Shown: positions 18,501-29,878 of the stretch, in pieces
How the letters are laid out: the number at the start of each line of letters is the position of its first letter
How positions within the stretch are numbered: position 1 is the first letter of the stretch
From: Candidatus Magasanikiibacteriota bacterium
GTDB lineage: Bacteria > Patescibacteriota > Patescibacteriia > Magasanikbacterales > GWA2-37-8
Reading direction: 5' to 3'
Length of the DNA stretch: 64,000 nucleotides
Assembly (NCBI GenBank): GCA_963840935.1
Contig: CAWJAS010000001.1
Span: 256,875-320,874 of the forward strand
Notes under the pieces: model-generated
Databases searched by the model: none
The model's input: only the letters and a program-made list of their open reading frames with translations
Told to the model about the DNA's origin: nothing
Translations under genes and position numbers: made by a program

Positions 18501-21500
18501 AATGTTTCCTCGACTAATCCGGCCACAATTACAAATAATAATACTATAGCTTTAATGGGTGGGAATGTTGGAGTGGGCACCACAACGCCAGAAACAAAAT
18601 TAACCATTGATTCAACTGTAGGCGCTGGTTTATTTGGTGGAATATCTTTATCTGGCGGGGGTGCTCCAACTGCGATTTTAGGTCATGCCAATATAGTTAG
18701 TAATCATTCGGGTGTTTTAGCATTATATAACAATACCCCAGCCGAATTATTACCACCAGTATTTATTCCCGCATGGACTAAATCGGCAATATTACACGGC
18801 TTGAATATTGGTACGACATCATATTCGGGAACTGGGTTGTTAAATGTCGGTCTTACCCAACAATTCCGGGTTGATAACGATGGTGACATTGCAAGGATTA
18901 AAAATATTTCTTATGATTGGCCAGACTCTCAAGGTGCCGTTGGTACTATCTTACAAAATAACGGGGCAGGAGCATTATATTGGACTGCGACATCATCGCT
19001 CGGTTTTGTTGACACAGACACCACCACATCCCCGGCCGGTTTTGACGGGTATATTCAATTTAATGAAGACGGTGAATTCGCGGCGAGTCAGAATTTATAT
19101 TGGGCCACATCAACTGGACGATTGGGTGTTGGTGACGCATCGATAGCCGGAAGTCCGACCAATAAATTATCAATTGGCGCGACACCCAGCAGTGGTTCCG
19201 CTGACGGTATGTCTATATACGGTGATGACTTATTAACTGCCTTTGTCGGTAATTACAATTCCAGTGGTGTTTATACCGGTCGTATCGGACTTTATCGCGC
19301 CGAAGACGCTGATACTGAATTAAAAACATTCATCAGTGCCAGTGCTTCATATTTTGTCGGCGGTAATGTCGGAATCGGTGTTTCAACGACAATCCCGTCT
19401 TTGTTAACCGTTGGTTCAAATAGCGGTTTCCAAGTCAATTCTTCCGGCAATTTAACAAAAATTAACAATGTCACATATTCCTGGCCAGGATCACAAGGCG
19501 CGGCTAGCACAATTTTACAAAATGACGGTTCGGGCACATTAACTTGGGTCAATACCTCCACCCTCGGTTTCGCCACCTCTTCGCACACCCATGCCACGCT
19601 CTCACAAGGTACCGGTATCGCCGCGTTTTCATACAACGGTTCATCGGCCGCCACTGTCGGTCTGGCCACTTCGGGTGTTACTGCCGGCACTTATGGCACG
19701 GTTTCAGCAGTGCCTATCTTAGTAGTTGATACCTATGGTCGTATTACTTCGGCTTCCACATCATCAATTGCCATTTCTGCCAGTCAAATTACATCCGGGA
19801 TTCTTCCTATCGCTCGTGGTGGCACTAATTCTTCAACTATCGGCGCTGCCGGTTCGGTCCCATATTCCGATGCCACTTCATACCGTTTTACAGCCGTTGG
19901 CACCTCCGGTCAAATTCTACGCTCCAACGGGGCCGGAGCCCCAACTTGGGTTTCCACTTCAACTCTCGGCATTACTGTCACTGAAACCGATCCTGTTTTT
20001 GACGCCTTGCCGGCGGCCAAAGGTGATATATTTACCGCCACGGCCAATGATACACCATCAATTTTGTCTGTCGGTACGAATGGAAAAATATTAACAGCTT
20101 CTTCTTCCGCCACTAACGGCATAGATTGGATGACGACATCTTCTCTCATCGGCACTCTTGGCACCATGGCTTATCAAAATGCTAATAACGTAAATATTTC
20201 GGGGGGAACGATTACCAGTATAGGGGATGTTACAATTAACGAAGGTCAGCTTTATGTGCATGACAATTTATATATTACAGACGGTGATAGCGATACGGTG
20301 TCCGGCATATATTTGGGTGCCACCGAAGTCGGTCAATATTTTATAACCTCAGCCGGTACTGCCGGTCAACTTTGGTCGTCTGACGGAGATGGGCGCGGAA
20401 CATGGGTGGCGACATCTTCACTTGGTATTGCTAGCGCCGGTGGTTGGACTGATGATGGCATGGTAGTGCGATTGACCACCATTATAGACAATGTCGGCAT
20501 CGGCACAACCACACCGGCGGCTAAACTGCATGTAAATATCACAACTGGCGACGGTATCATATTAGGCTCAGGAAGCAGTGGAAGCGCAGTAGCTAAATTG
20601 TTTGCCAATGGTGACTATGGCGATGTTGGTAATATATCGTTGCATTATGGCTCAAGCCAAAAAGCTTTATTATCGGCCGACGGTGTTTCCTATCTTAATG
20701 GCGGGAATGTAGGCATTGGTACCACTTCACCGGCGGCTAAACTGCATGTAAATATCACAACTGGCGACGGTATCATATTAGGCTCAGGAAGCAGTGGAAG
20801 CGCAGTAGCTAAATTGTTTGCCAATGGTGACTATGGCGATGTTGGTAATATATCGTTGCATTATGGCTCAAGCCAAAAAGCTTTATTATCGGCCGACGGT
20901 GTTTCCTATCTTAATGGCGGGAATGTAGGCATTGGTACCACTTCACCGGCGGCTAAACTGCATGTAAATATCACAACTGGCGACGGTATCATATTAGGCT
21001 CAGGAAGCAGTGGAAGCGCAGTAGCTAAATTGTTTGCCAATGGTGACTATGGCGATGTTGGTAATATATCGTTGCATTATGGCTCAAGCCAAAAAGCTTT
21101 ATTATCGGCCGACGGTGTTTCCTATCTTAATGGCGGGAATGTCGGCATTGGTACCACTTCACCGTCATACAGCTTATCTGTTGCTGGTCATATGGCAGTT
21201 ACTGGAACGTTCAGAGTGGGGAATTCTCAAGATGCCGGTGCTTCAGGATATATTTTGCGATCAAATGGTTCATCGGTCGCCCCGACTTGGGTGGCCACAT
21301 CTTCGCTTGGCTTAATGAGTACTGCTCTTGCTTCCGCATACATTTGGGTAGGCAATGCTTCCGGCGTAGCAACTGCTGTTTCTATGAGCAGTGACGCTAC
21401 GATATCCAACACAGGTGCTCTAACTATTTCAGCCAATGCGGTTGGGTCAAATGAAATAATTAACAATTCAATTGCGCCGGTTGACATGGCTTCAAGTAGC

Positions 21501-24500
21501 GCCCCATCAGCAGTTGGAAATGTTTTAACCTATAACGGAAGTAACTTTAAATGGATTGCCACATCTTCTCTGGGAATCGCCTCTGCCGGTGGTTGGACTG
21601 ATGATGGTACGGTGGTCAGATTAACCGCAATTACAGATAGTGTCGGCATCGGCACAACCACTCCGCCATTTAAATTGGCGGTTCAAGCAGGATATAATGA
21701 TGGAATTACTTTATATAGCCCAACAGCGGTTGGGACTATTGGGATGGTTAGTATTCTTGGTGGTGGCGGTGGTCCGGCCGGAGTTTTGTTAGCAATGGAT
21801 ACTGGAGTAATAAAAACTCGTATTAGCGCCGACGCCAGCACGGATTCATATTTTGATGCTGGTGATGTCGGTATAGGTACAACTACCCCATCAAACAAAT
21901 TGCAGGTAAATGTCACTAGCAATAATGATGGCATATTATTGAGTGGCAATAGCACACTTGCTGCAAAATTATATTATGATGGTTCGAGTGGCCATATCGG
22001 ATATATGTCTTTATATGGCGGTGGAGCGGAAACCGTTAAATTATCAGCATCTGGCTATTCATATATAAATGGCGGTAATGTCGGCATCGGCACAACCACT
22101 CCGCCATTTAAATTGGCGGTTCAAGCAGGATATAATGATGGAATTACTTTATATAGCCCAACAGCGGTTGGGACTATTGGGATGGTTAGTATTCTTGGTG
22201 GTGGCGGTGGTCCGGCCGGAGTTTTGTTAGCAATGGATACTGGAGTAACAAAAATTAGAATAAGCGCTGACGCTAGTACTGATTCATATTTTAACGCTGG
22301 TGATGTCGGCATCGGCACAACAACCCCCGCCGGAAAACTGCATGTATTATCATCCGCAAGCGACGGCATATTATTAAGCGGAACAGATGATAACAAAATT
22401 GCGGCTAAACTTCATCACACTTACATGAGCGGAGCAACCGCGGGTTTGTTGTCCATGTACGATAATACAGTCCAAAAAATATATTTGAATGCCGGCGGTA
22501 TTTCGTATTTGAACGGAGGCAATGTGGGTATTGGCACTACTTCTCCTGCCTATAAATTAACTGTTGCCGGCGATTTACACGTTACAGGTACTTTAAGAGT
22601 AGGAAATAATTTTGATGCAGGTATTACCGGATACCTGTTGATGTCAAATGGCTCTTCTCTTGCACCTAGCTGGACATCAACAGCAACTTTATTTTCCTCT
22701 GCCGGTGGTTGGACTGACGATGGTACTATAGTAAGGTTGACTACATTGGGTGATAAAGTTGGAATTAATACATACAGCGCTTTTGCGCCCCTCCATGTTG
22801 GAGATACATCAAATGATGGCACTATTGTCGCAAAAGGATTACTAGGTTCTGGATACTCATTAAATTTAGATCAAGATCAACCATATTTTGTATGGAGTTC
22901 CAAGCGAGCAGCGTTAAGAGCTGGTATATCAGGGTCATCTTTAGCTTGGGATGATGCCTATGTTGGAAATTATTCTGTTGCCATGGGTTATTATTCGGCG
23001 GCAACAGGCACAGCATCAGTTGCAATCGGTGGAGCTAATATTGCCACAGCAGATTATGCAACAGCGCTTGGTTACAATATGACTGTTTCCGGCGCGCGTT
23101 CATTCGGTGTAAATGTTTCAACTACAGCCGCCACCCTCTCGCAGGCTGATACTATCGCCTTGATGGGTGGCAATGTTGGGGTTGGTAAAGTTAACCCAGA
23201 AAGAAAGCTCGATGTTAGCGGAGTGGCGCGAATTCAAAATTTTGCTTCTTTGAGCAATGTACAATATGATGCAGTCAATATTAATTATACGATGTTGGGC
23301 AACAACATCTACATGAATGAATATTCCGGTGTTCCTTATTTTGCTTATTTAAATACTGACAGCGGTGGAGCGACAGGTTATTCCGGTATGTTATTGGCTT
23401 CCGCTGGTTTTAATTTTTACGCCGATGTTTCTTCAACTGTTAAAGATGGTGTTTTGAGTGACCCAAATAAATTAATGGATTTATTATATGATGGGCAACT
23501 TATTTCATATGGCACTTATAGCGTAGGCGATTCTTTAACTGCGTCAGGCGCCGGCACCCGTATGATTTGGTTCCCAAAAAAATCCGCTTTTAGAGCGGGC
23601 ACAGCAGAAGGCACAGAATATAACGACGCGAATATTGGCAATTATTCATTTGCAGGAGGTTCTGGTAATCTTGCAAGCGGTGAATCTGCTACTGCCTTTG
23701 GAAGCAGAAATACTGCAAGTGGACAGTGGTCTTTTATCGCTGGCTCGCAAAATACCGCGTCTAATACGGCGTCCATCGCTTTGGGTCGCTCAAATAATGC
23801 CACTGGAATTTATTCTTTTACCGCTGGTTATGGTAACACTGCAAGCGGAATTTATTCCGTGGCTATTGGTAGAAGTTCAGTTGCGAGCGAAGAACACACT
23901 ACGGCTTTGGGCTATAATGCAACAGCAAGCGGTGAATATGCGACTGCTTTGGGTTATCAGAGTACCGCAAGTTTTTATGGTGCTTCTGCGTTTGGTTTTA
24001 GAAGTGTTGCTAGTAGCTTTTACTCTCTGGCTTTAGGTAACACTGTAACGTCAAGCGGATCAAACGCCGTTGCTATGGGTAGCTTTATTACTGTTTCTGG
24101 TTCTAGCTCGCTTGGTATTAATGTGTCTTCTACTGTGCCCGCAACACTTTCTCAAAATCACACTATCGCCTTAATGGGTGGGAATGTCGGTGTTGGCACA
24201 GTGACACCAAGTGAACAGTTGGCTGTTTGGGGTGATATGCGTGTCGCGACTACCACAGGAACTGCGCCCGCATTATATGTTGACGTATCGGCCAATGCGA
24301 TTGGTGTTCGAATGATAGCGCCACAAGAAGCTTTGCATGTTGAAGGCAATATTAGAATTCCTGGAACAGGTGCTTCAGACGGATATATTAAAATGGATGC
24401 TAATCGATATATCCATAGTTATGGGGGCACAACAAACTTTTTTGCCGGTGTTAATGCCGGTGGGCTGTCAATGACCGGTGATTACAACACAGGTGTTGGA

Positions 24501-27299
24501 GCTAGTTCATTAAATAATATTACATCCGGTCAAAACAATGTAGCTTTGGGTTACTACGCCTCACGAGATTTGCAAACCGGTTCAGATAATGTTGCGGTTG
24601 GAGTAAATGCGCTTTTTAATGCTACGGGTTATAGTGCCAATGTCGCCGTTGGTAAAGATGCTATGGCGGAAACTACTGCGAATTCAAGCACCGCAGTTGG
24701 TTATGAGGCGCTCAGTCGTAATACCAGTGGCGAAGGCTTGGTCGCGGTTGGTTATCAAGCTCTTACAACCAATTCCACAGGTAATTACAATTCGGCTCTT
24801 GGTTATCAAGCGCTTTATTCCAATACAACCGGTTTATATAACACGGCCTTTGGCTCTCAAACTCTTTATGATAATGTTAGCGCCCATGCCAATACCGCTT
24901 TGGGTTGGGGTGCGCTGGCGAACACAACGAACGCATCAAATACTGCGGTTGGTTTTGGAGCTTTAATTACTGATACAACTGGTTATAGTAATACTGCCGT
25001 GGGTTTGTACGCTCTAAGATATGTTTCTTCGGGCAGTTATAACGTTGCTATTGGGCTTGATGCGGGCGATAATTCTGTTTTTAATACCGAAAGTTATAAT
25101 ACTTTGATTGGAGCAAGAGCGGATGTTTCTGCTGATGCCATATCAAATTCAACCGCAATTGGCTATGACGCTGTGGTTGGTTCTAGCAACAGGGTCGTTC
25201 TTGGAAATGGCGATGTTACTTCTGTTTATATGTCCGATGATGGTGGAGCAAGTGTCTACTTCACGCCGGCTAGCACTCTTTATACTACTGCGTTATGTTG
25301 GGATAATTCCGGCCCGTCGAGTATATATGATTGTAACGGTTCGGCGACCGACTACATGGAATACTACGCGGTTGACAACGATGTTGAATCCGGGGATTTG
25401 GTTGTAATCGGAGATACTTATGTTTCAACAACCGAAGGTTTTACAATAGCAAAATTAGAAAAAGCGACAGGCCCATACGACCCGAAATTATTAGGTGTTA
25501 TTTCAATAAAAGAATGGGCTGGCGATTTCAATTCAATCGGTCAAAATAGTATTTACGAATCAGACAATCCGCACGTGCTTGCTCTTTCAGGTCGTATTCC
25601 CGTAAAGGTTACCACAGATAATGGTCCTATTTATAAAGGCGACAAGCTTACTTCATCTGATCGCCCTGGTTATGCCATGAAAGCCACCGAAGACGGTCCG
25701 ACTATTGGTATTGCTTTGGCAGATTTTACAGGTTCGGCCACAGGAACGGTTATGGTATTTATTGATCTTGGGTGGAATAATACAATTTATCGCGGATTAA
25801 CAATAAATGAAAGCGACTCGGAAATAACATTCAAAACACCAACTTTGGCTTTCACAACCACCACATATTTTACCTCTTCCGTCTCATCCACCCCCGACTC
25901 CCGCGCTTTCATCTTTAACGCTCTTAACTTTGATACCACATCAACCGACAAATACATATTATCTCTCCGTTCTAACAACAACCCGGTCTTCTCTGTCTCA
26001 TCAAACGGCGATGTTCATTCCTCCGGCAACATGTACGCCGCTTCGGCTGTCCTCGGTACTTCCACCAACCCGGGTGACTTGGCAGAAAAGGTAGACATAA
26101 ACCCCTCGGAAACCGTGGAAGCAGGGGATGTGATGATGGTTGACCCGGCATCACCCGACAGATACCAAAAATCAAATCAAGCATACGAACCGACTGTGGC
26201 CGGCGTTATCTCCACGAACCCAACCATCATTGTCGGCAACGGCAAAACCGACCAAACCGCTCCTCTTGCCATGGTCGGCAGGGTACCGGTCAAATTCAGT
26301 GAAGAAAATGGCGCAATACAAAGAGGTGACCTCCTTGTTTCCGCGAGTACCCCGGGCTATGCCATGAAATATGACCCGATTCTCGACAACTCCAGAAAAG
26401 TGGTCGGCATCATCGGTATTGCTCTTGATAATTCCATGGAATCAACCAATGGCAAAGTAATGACTCTCATCAGAACCGGTTGGGTCTACAACAAAACCCA
26501 AGCCGTCTCCAACCTTGAACAACAAGTTTACTATGTTGCTTCAAGCGCCGGTGTTGACCTATCGGTTGACCCTGAACTCATGAATATTGAAACTACTAGT
26601 GAAGGCTCTATCACCTACAACAGCGATAGCAACCTTAGTCTCAACAATTTCTCCATCACCAATGTCAAATCAATAATATCAACCAACAATAAATGGACCA
26701 TAGACGAGAACGGCATATTAATTTCTAAAATCATTACCGCTGAAGGCGCTGAAAAGAATATCTATGGCATGACTTCAGAATCTGCAGAGATTACGCTATC
26801 GGGAACCGGAACTTTGCAAATGGGTGAAATATTTATTTCTTTTGCGACCGATACAAAATCAATTATTGATGAATTAGAACCGATTAAAGTGAGTGTCACC
26901 TTAACTTCCATAGACGCAAAAGGAATCGCGGTTATAGAAAAATCCAATGAAGGATTTAAAGTTAAGGAATTGGATAATGGGACATCAAACGCCACATTTG
27001 ATTGGATTGTGATTGCCAAACGGCGTGCAATAATTAACGAATCAAGCAGTGAACCTGAAACTATTGATACTAAATCATCATCCGGTTCGCCGGTTGATGA
27101 GAGTTCTGTTGATGAGGAATTAACTCAAGCAGGAGAGGAAGACGAAACGACGGACTCGTCTTCTTCTCCTGCCGGTGATTCTTTCGAGGAACCGTTGGCT
27201 GAAGAACCGCCTGCAGACGAAGAACCATCTCTGGAAGAAACTCTGCCAGCCCCTGAACCTTCGGCAGAAGAGTCAACCCCTGAAGAATTTACCCCATAA
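15554..27299 (+). CDS. Second giant fibre/adhesin-like protein (~3900 aa), broken into ORFs 15554-17434, 17677-18240 and 18237-27299 by apparent frameshifts
   Basis: The gap at 17434-17677 reads as continuous repeat-type protein (FGSYAEYNAVFGTNN...TGGFNNVTSTYSSAFGQ...YSFGVNVSSTAVT) across shifts; one signal peptide; two D(Y/L)xE...GR(I/V)PVK domains; acidic Pro tail. Confidence 0.75.
20512..21164 (+). repeat. Tandem 216 bp (72 aa) repeat, three essentially identical copies
   Basis: CTAAACTGCATGTAAATATC recurs at 20521, 20737 and 20953. Confidence 0.95.
21641..22325 (+). repeat. Internal duplication at offset 438 bp (146 aa)
   Basis: CTCCGCCATTTAAATTGGCGG at 21661 and 22099 begins ~150 bp of identity that then diverges. 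Confidence 0.9.
25875..26797 (+). repeat. ~920 bp near-identical direct repeat, copy 2
   Basis: Matches 11546-12468. Confidence 0.95.
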
Positions 27300-27327
27300 A
27301 AACTATCGCGTAAAGTGATAGTTTTTT
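27299..27327 (+). terminator. Intrinsic terminator after giant gene 2
   Basis: AAAACTATCGC/GTGATAGTTTT hairpin. Confidence 0.65.
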
Positions 27328-27391
27328 AAATGAATTATCTATTATATATCGCATCACGATATTTATTTTTTTATAAAAAGGGTGTCGGGGA

Positions 27392-27521
27392 TTGACAATT
27401 GTCATTAAATGTGCTATAATAATGCGTTATAGTATATAAAGAAGTATTGGATTATTTTGATTGGCGTACCTTGAAAACAATTCAAAACAAAAAATATGAG
27501 GCATTGAAATGTCTCAGGAGG
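27392..27521 (+). promoter_or_regulatory. Consensus sigma70 promoter, boxA-like motif and SD of the 27527 gene
   Basis: TTGACA 27392-27397, 17 bp, TG-C-TATAAT ending 27420; GTACCTTGAAAA 27466-27477; AGGAGG 27516-27521. Confidence 0.8.
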
Positions 27522-27526
27522 ATACC

Positions 27527-28153
27527 ATGAAAAAAGTATTTTTGGTCCTGTTCTTTTCTGGCGTAATCGTTTGGATTGCCGGTTGCAATCAAATGTCATC
27601 AACTTTTGACTGCGATGAATGCGCCGATACGGACACTGAATCAGATGAGGATTCGGATAGCGATTCCGAGACCGATTCCGACGAAGATTCCGATGATACT
27701 TATGTCAGCGATGGCATGTATTTCACGGGTGGTGATATTGCTTGGCAAGTTGCACCGCCGGATGGTGTGCTCACCCTTGCAGATGCTGTTTATTACTGTG
27801 ATAGTCTAACACTTGGTGACCATGATGATTGGCGGATTCCGACTATTTCGGAGTTGCGATCAATTGTTGTTGGTTGCCCTTCGATTGAAACCGCAGGCGA
27901 GTGTGCCATCACGGACGAGCAAACATCAGTTACCGAGATGGAAAACTGTGATGGTTGTGAATTTCTGTCCGGCCCTGGTCTTGAAGGGTGCTACTGGCCA
28001 AGTAGTTTGACCGGCGTGTGTGGTGAATATTGGAGTTGGACTACTGCGACGGGGACCGATGCTGGCTCGATTTTTTATGAAATAAATTTCAATTTTGCCA
28101 GTGTGATAACAGGCGCTCAGTCGCCTCACGTACGCTGTGTCCGCGATCTCTAA
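27527..28153 (+). CDS. DUF1566/Lcl-like lipoprotein, small, with acidic DSDS linker
   Basis: Start moved to ATG 27527 after AGGAGG; lipobox WIAGC; DWRIPTISELRS...YWS...VRCVRDL. Confidence 0.85.
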   Translation: MKKVFLVLFFSGVIVWIAGCNQMSSTFDCDECADTDTESDEDSDSDSETDSDEDSDDTYVSDGMYFTGGDIAWQVAPPDGVLTLADAVYYCDSLTLGDHDDWRIPTISELRSIVVGCPSIETAGECAITDEQTSVTEMENCDGCEFLSGPGLEGCYWPSSLTGVCGEYWSWTTATGTDAGSIFYEINFNFASVITGAQSPHVRCVRDL

Positions 28154-28183
28154 TCGACTCACCCCCTCATATTCATGAGGGAA

Positions 28184-28266
28184 AAATACCTGCCTCAAAC
28201 CCTGCTCTTTAATCAAACCGTTCATTTACCCGCCATGTCGCATGACCTCTGGCGGGTCTTTTTTTT
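28184..28266 (+). repeat. 83 bp identical 3' UTR/terminator repeat, copy 1 (copy 2 at 29879-29961)
   Basis: AAATACCTGCCTCAAACCCTGCTCTTTAATCAAACCGTTCATTTACCCGCCA...TGGCGGGTCTTTTTTTT; terminator at 28228-28266. Confidence 0.95.
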
Positions 28267-28275
28267 ATAAAAATA

Positions 28276-28370
28276 TTGACAAAATAAAGTATTTTTGTTA
28301 TAATATTTTGTTATCAGATTTGGATCTTTAACAATATACAAAAGCAAAAAAACTGGCATCGCAGAAAGGA
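28276..28370 (+). promoter_or_regulatory. Consensus sigma70 promoter, boxA-like motif and SD of the 28377 gene
   Basis: TTGACA 28276-28281, 17 bp, TG-T-TATAAT ending 28304; GATCTTTAACAA 28323-28334; AGAAAGGA before the ATG. Confidence 0.8.
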
Positions 28371-28376
28371 TAAAAA

Positions 28377-29849
28377 ATGGCAAGAAATATTGTTATTTTG
28401 TGTGGTTTTGTTTTTATATTCGTTTTCGGATGCGACCACATGGCGTCAGATATCGACTATGTTCCCGATTCGGACACTTCATCTGACGCGGATTCGGATT
28501 CTGATTCGGATACGGAAACAGAAAGCGAGGTTTGTACTCTGGTTTCCGGAGCCATACAAAAAGGGCCTTTTGTGTCTGATTCAACCCTTACCGTTTCCAT
28601 GCTTAACGCTACCGGAGCTCCGACCGGGCTTTTCTATTCCACGACGACCGAGGACGACCTGGGCACCTTCAATGTGGTCGTCCAGACCACAGGACCGTGT
28701 GAATTGGTTGCAAATGGTCTCTACTATAATGAGGTTGTGGGCAAGCTCTCAGGAGAGCCCATCACCTTGCGCGCTATCTACGAGATTTTCAATGGCGACT
28801 CGCAGAAGGCCTATTCAAATATATTTACCCACATGAGCTCGGGTCTTGCCAAGAAGCGTCTTTCTGAGGGTGACACGGTGGCCGAAGCGATTGTCTATGC
28901 TGAGAACAAGCTTTTCAACGAGCTTGGTATCCTGCACCCCTCCGGTGCCCTTGAGGGCAATGGTGCGGGGATGGACTTGATCGGAGCTAACTCGCCAGAT
29001 AATCAGTACATTGTGGCTTTGTCATGCATCGTCGCTAAGTCAGCTGAACTTCTGGCTGAGGATTCGACCGAGGTGGATGACAAATTGCAAATGCTTCTGA
29101 ATGACATCAGAAGTCAGGTGCAGGCAAGCGAAGCCATCAATCCGGAATACAAGCAGTATCTTCGAGATGGCGAAACCGCTCTTAATCCGGCAAAGGACTG
29201 CATCGAGAAATTGACTAGCTACTTGTACAATAAAACCGGCGAAGTCATGGGAATACCCGACCCGGATACTTGTTCTGACAATGATGGCGACGGTACTCCT
29301 AATTCTGCAGATCCGGACATCGACGGCGACGGCGTTCCCAATGAAGAGGACGAAGCACCCTACAACGCAAATGTTGGTGCCGGCATGTACTTCGACAGTG
29401 AGAGTGGTTACGCTTGGCAGTTAGTGTCGCCGGCCGAATATTATACATGGGCAGACGCGCAATCCTATTGCGAAGACCTTCTTGTTGGCGGGCACGACGA
29501 TTGGCGGATGCCAAGTATCAGCGAAATGCGTTCTCTTATTAGAGGATGTGCTTTAACTGAGACTAGTGGTGCGTGTGGGCTTACAGATGAATGCAACTAC
29601 CAATTGTGCTTTAATAATGCTTGTTATGTTGGTTGTTCCGGCCTTCAAGGACCCGGGATTGGTGGTTGCTATTGGCCGGATACTATGCAAGGTGAATGCG
29701 GAGCATATTGGTCGGCAACTAACAACCTAACTTTTCCTTATCTGTATTTTATTCCTATTTTTTCGCATGCATATATCGTTGCCGACCCGATTTCAACTTC
29801 GGAAACGTCTTTCGTAACGCACCTTATCCGTTGCGTCCGCGACATGTAA
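28377..29849 (+). CDS. Large DUF1566/Lcl-like lipoprotein, paralog of the 13930 gene
   Basis: Lipobox FVFGC; SGAIQKGPF; NSPDNQYIVALSC shared with 13930; DWRMPSISEMRSL...IRCVRDM. Confidence 0.85.
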   Translation: MARNIVILCGFVFIFVFGCDHMASDIDYVPDSDTSSDADSDSDSDTETESEVCTLVSGAIQKGPFVSDSTLTVSMLNATGAPTGLFYSTTTEDDLGTFNVVVQTTGPCELVANGLYYNEVVGKLSGEPITLRAIYEIFNGDSQKAYSNIFTHMSSGLAKKRLSEGDTVAEAIVYAENKLFNELGILHPSGALEGNGAGMDLIGANSPDNQYIVALSCIVAKSAELLAEDSTEVDDKLQMLLNDIRSQVQASEAINPEYKQYLRDGETALNPAKDCIEKLTSYLYNKTGEVMGIPDPDTCSDNDGDGTPNSADPDIDGDGVPNEEDEAPYNANVGAGMYFDSESGYAWQLVSPAEYYTWADAQSYCEDLLVGGHDDWRMPSISEMRSLIRGCALTETSGACGLTDECNYQLCFNNACYVGCSGLQGPGIGGCYWPDTMQGECGAYWSATNNLTFPYLYFIPIFSHAYIVADPISTSETSFVTHLIRCVRDM

Positions 29850-29878
29850 TACGCTCCACCGTCCTTCATCACGAAGGT

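Noticed and set aside
1211-27299. Prophage tail region
   Set aside because: The proteins have Sec signal peptides, and no capsid, terminase, portal, integrase or lysis genes are present.
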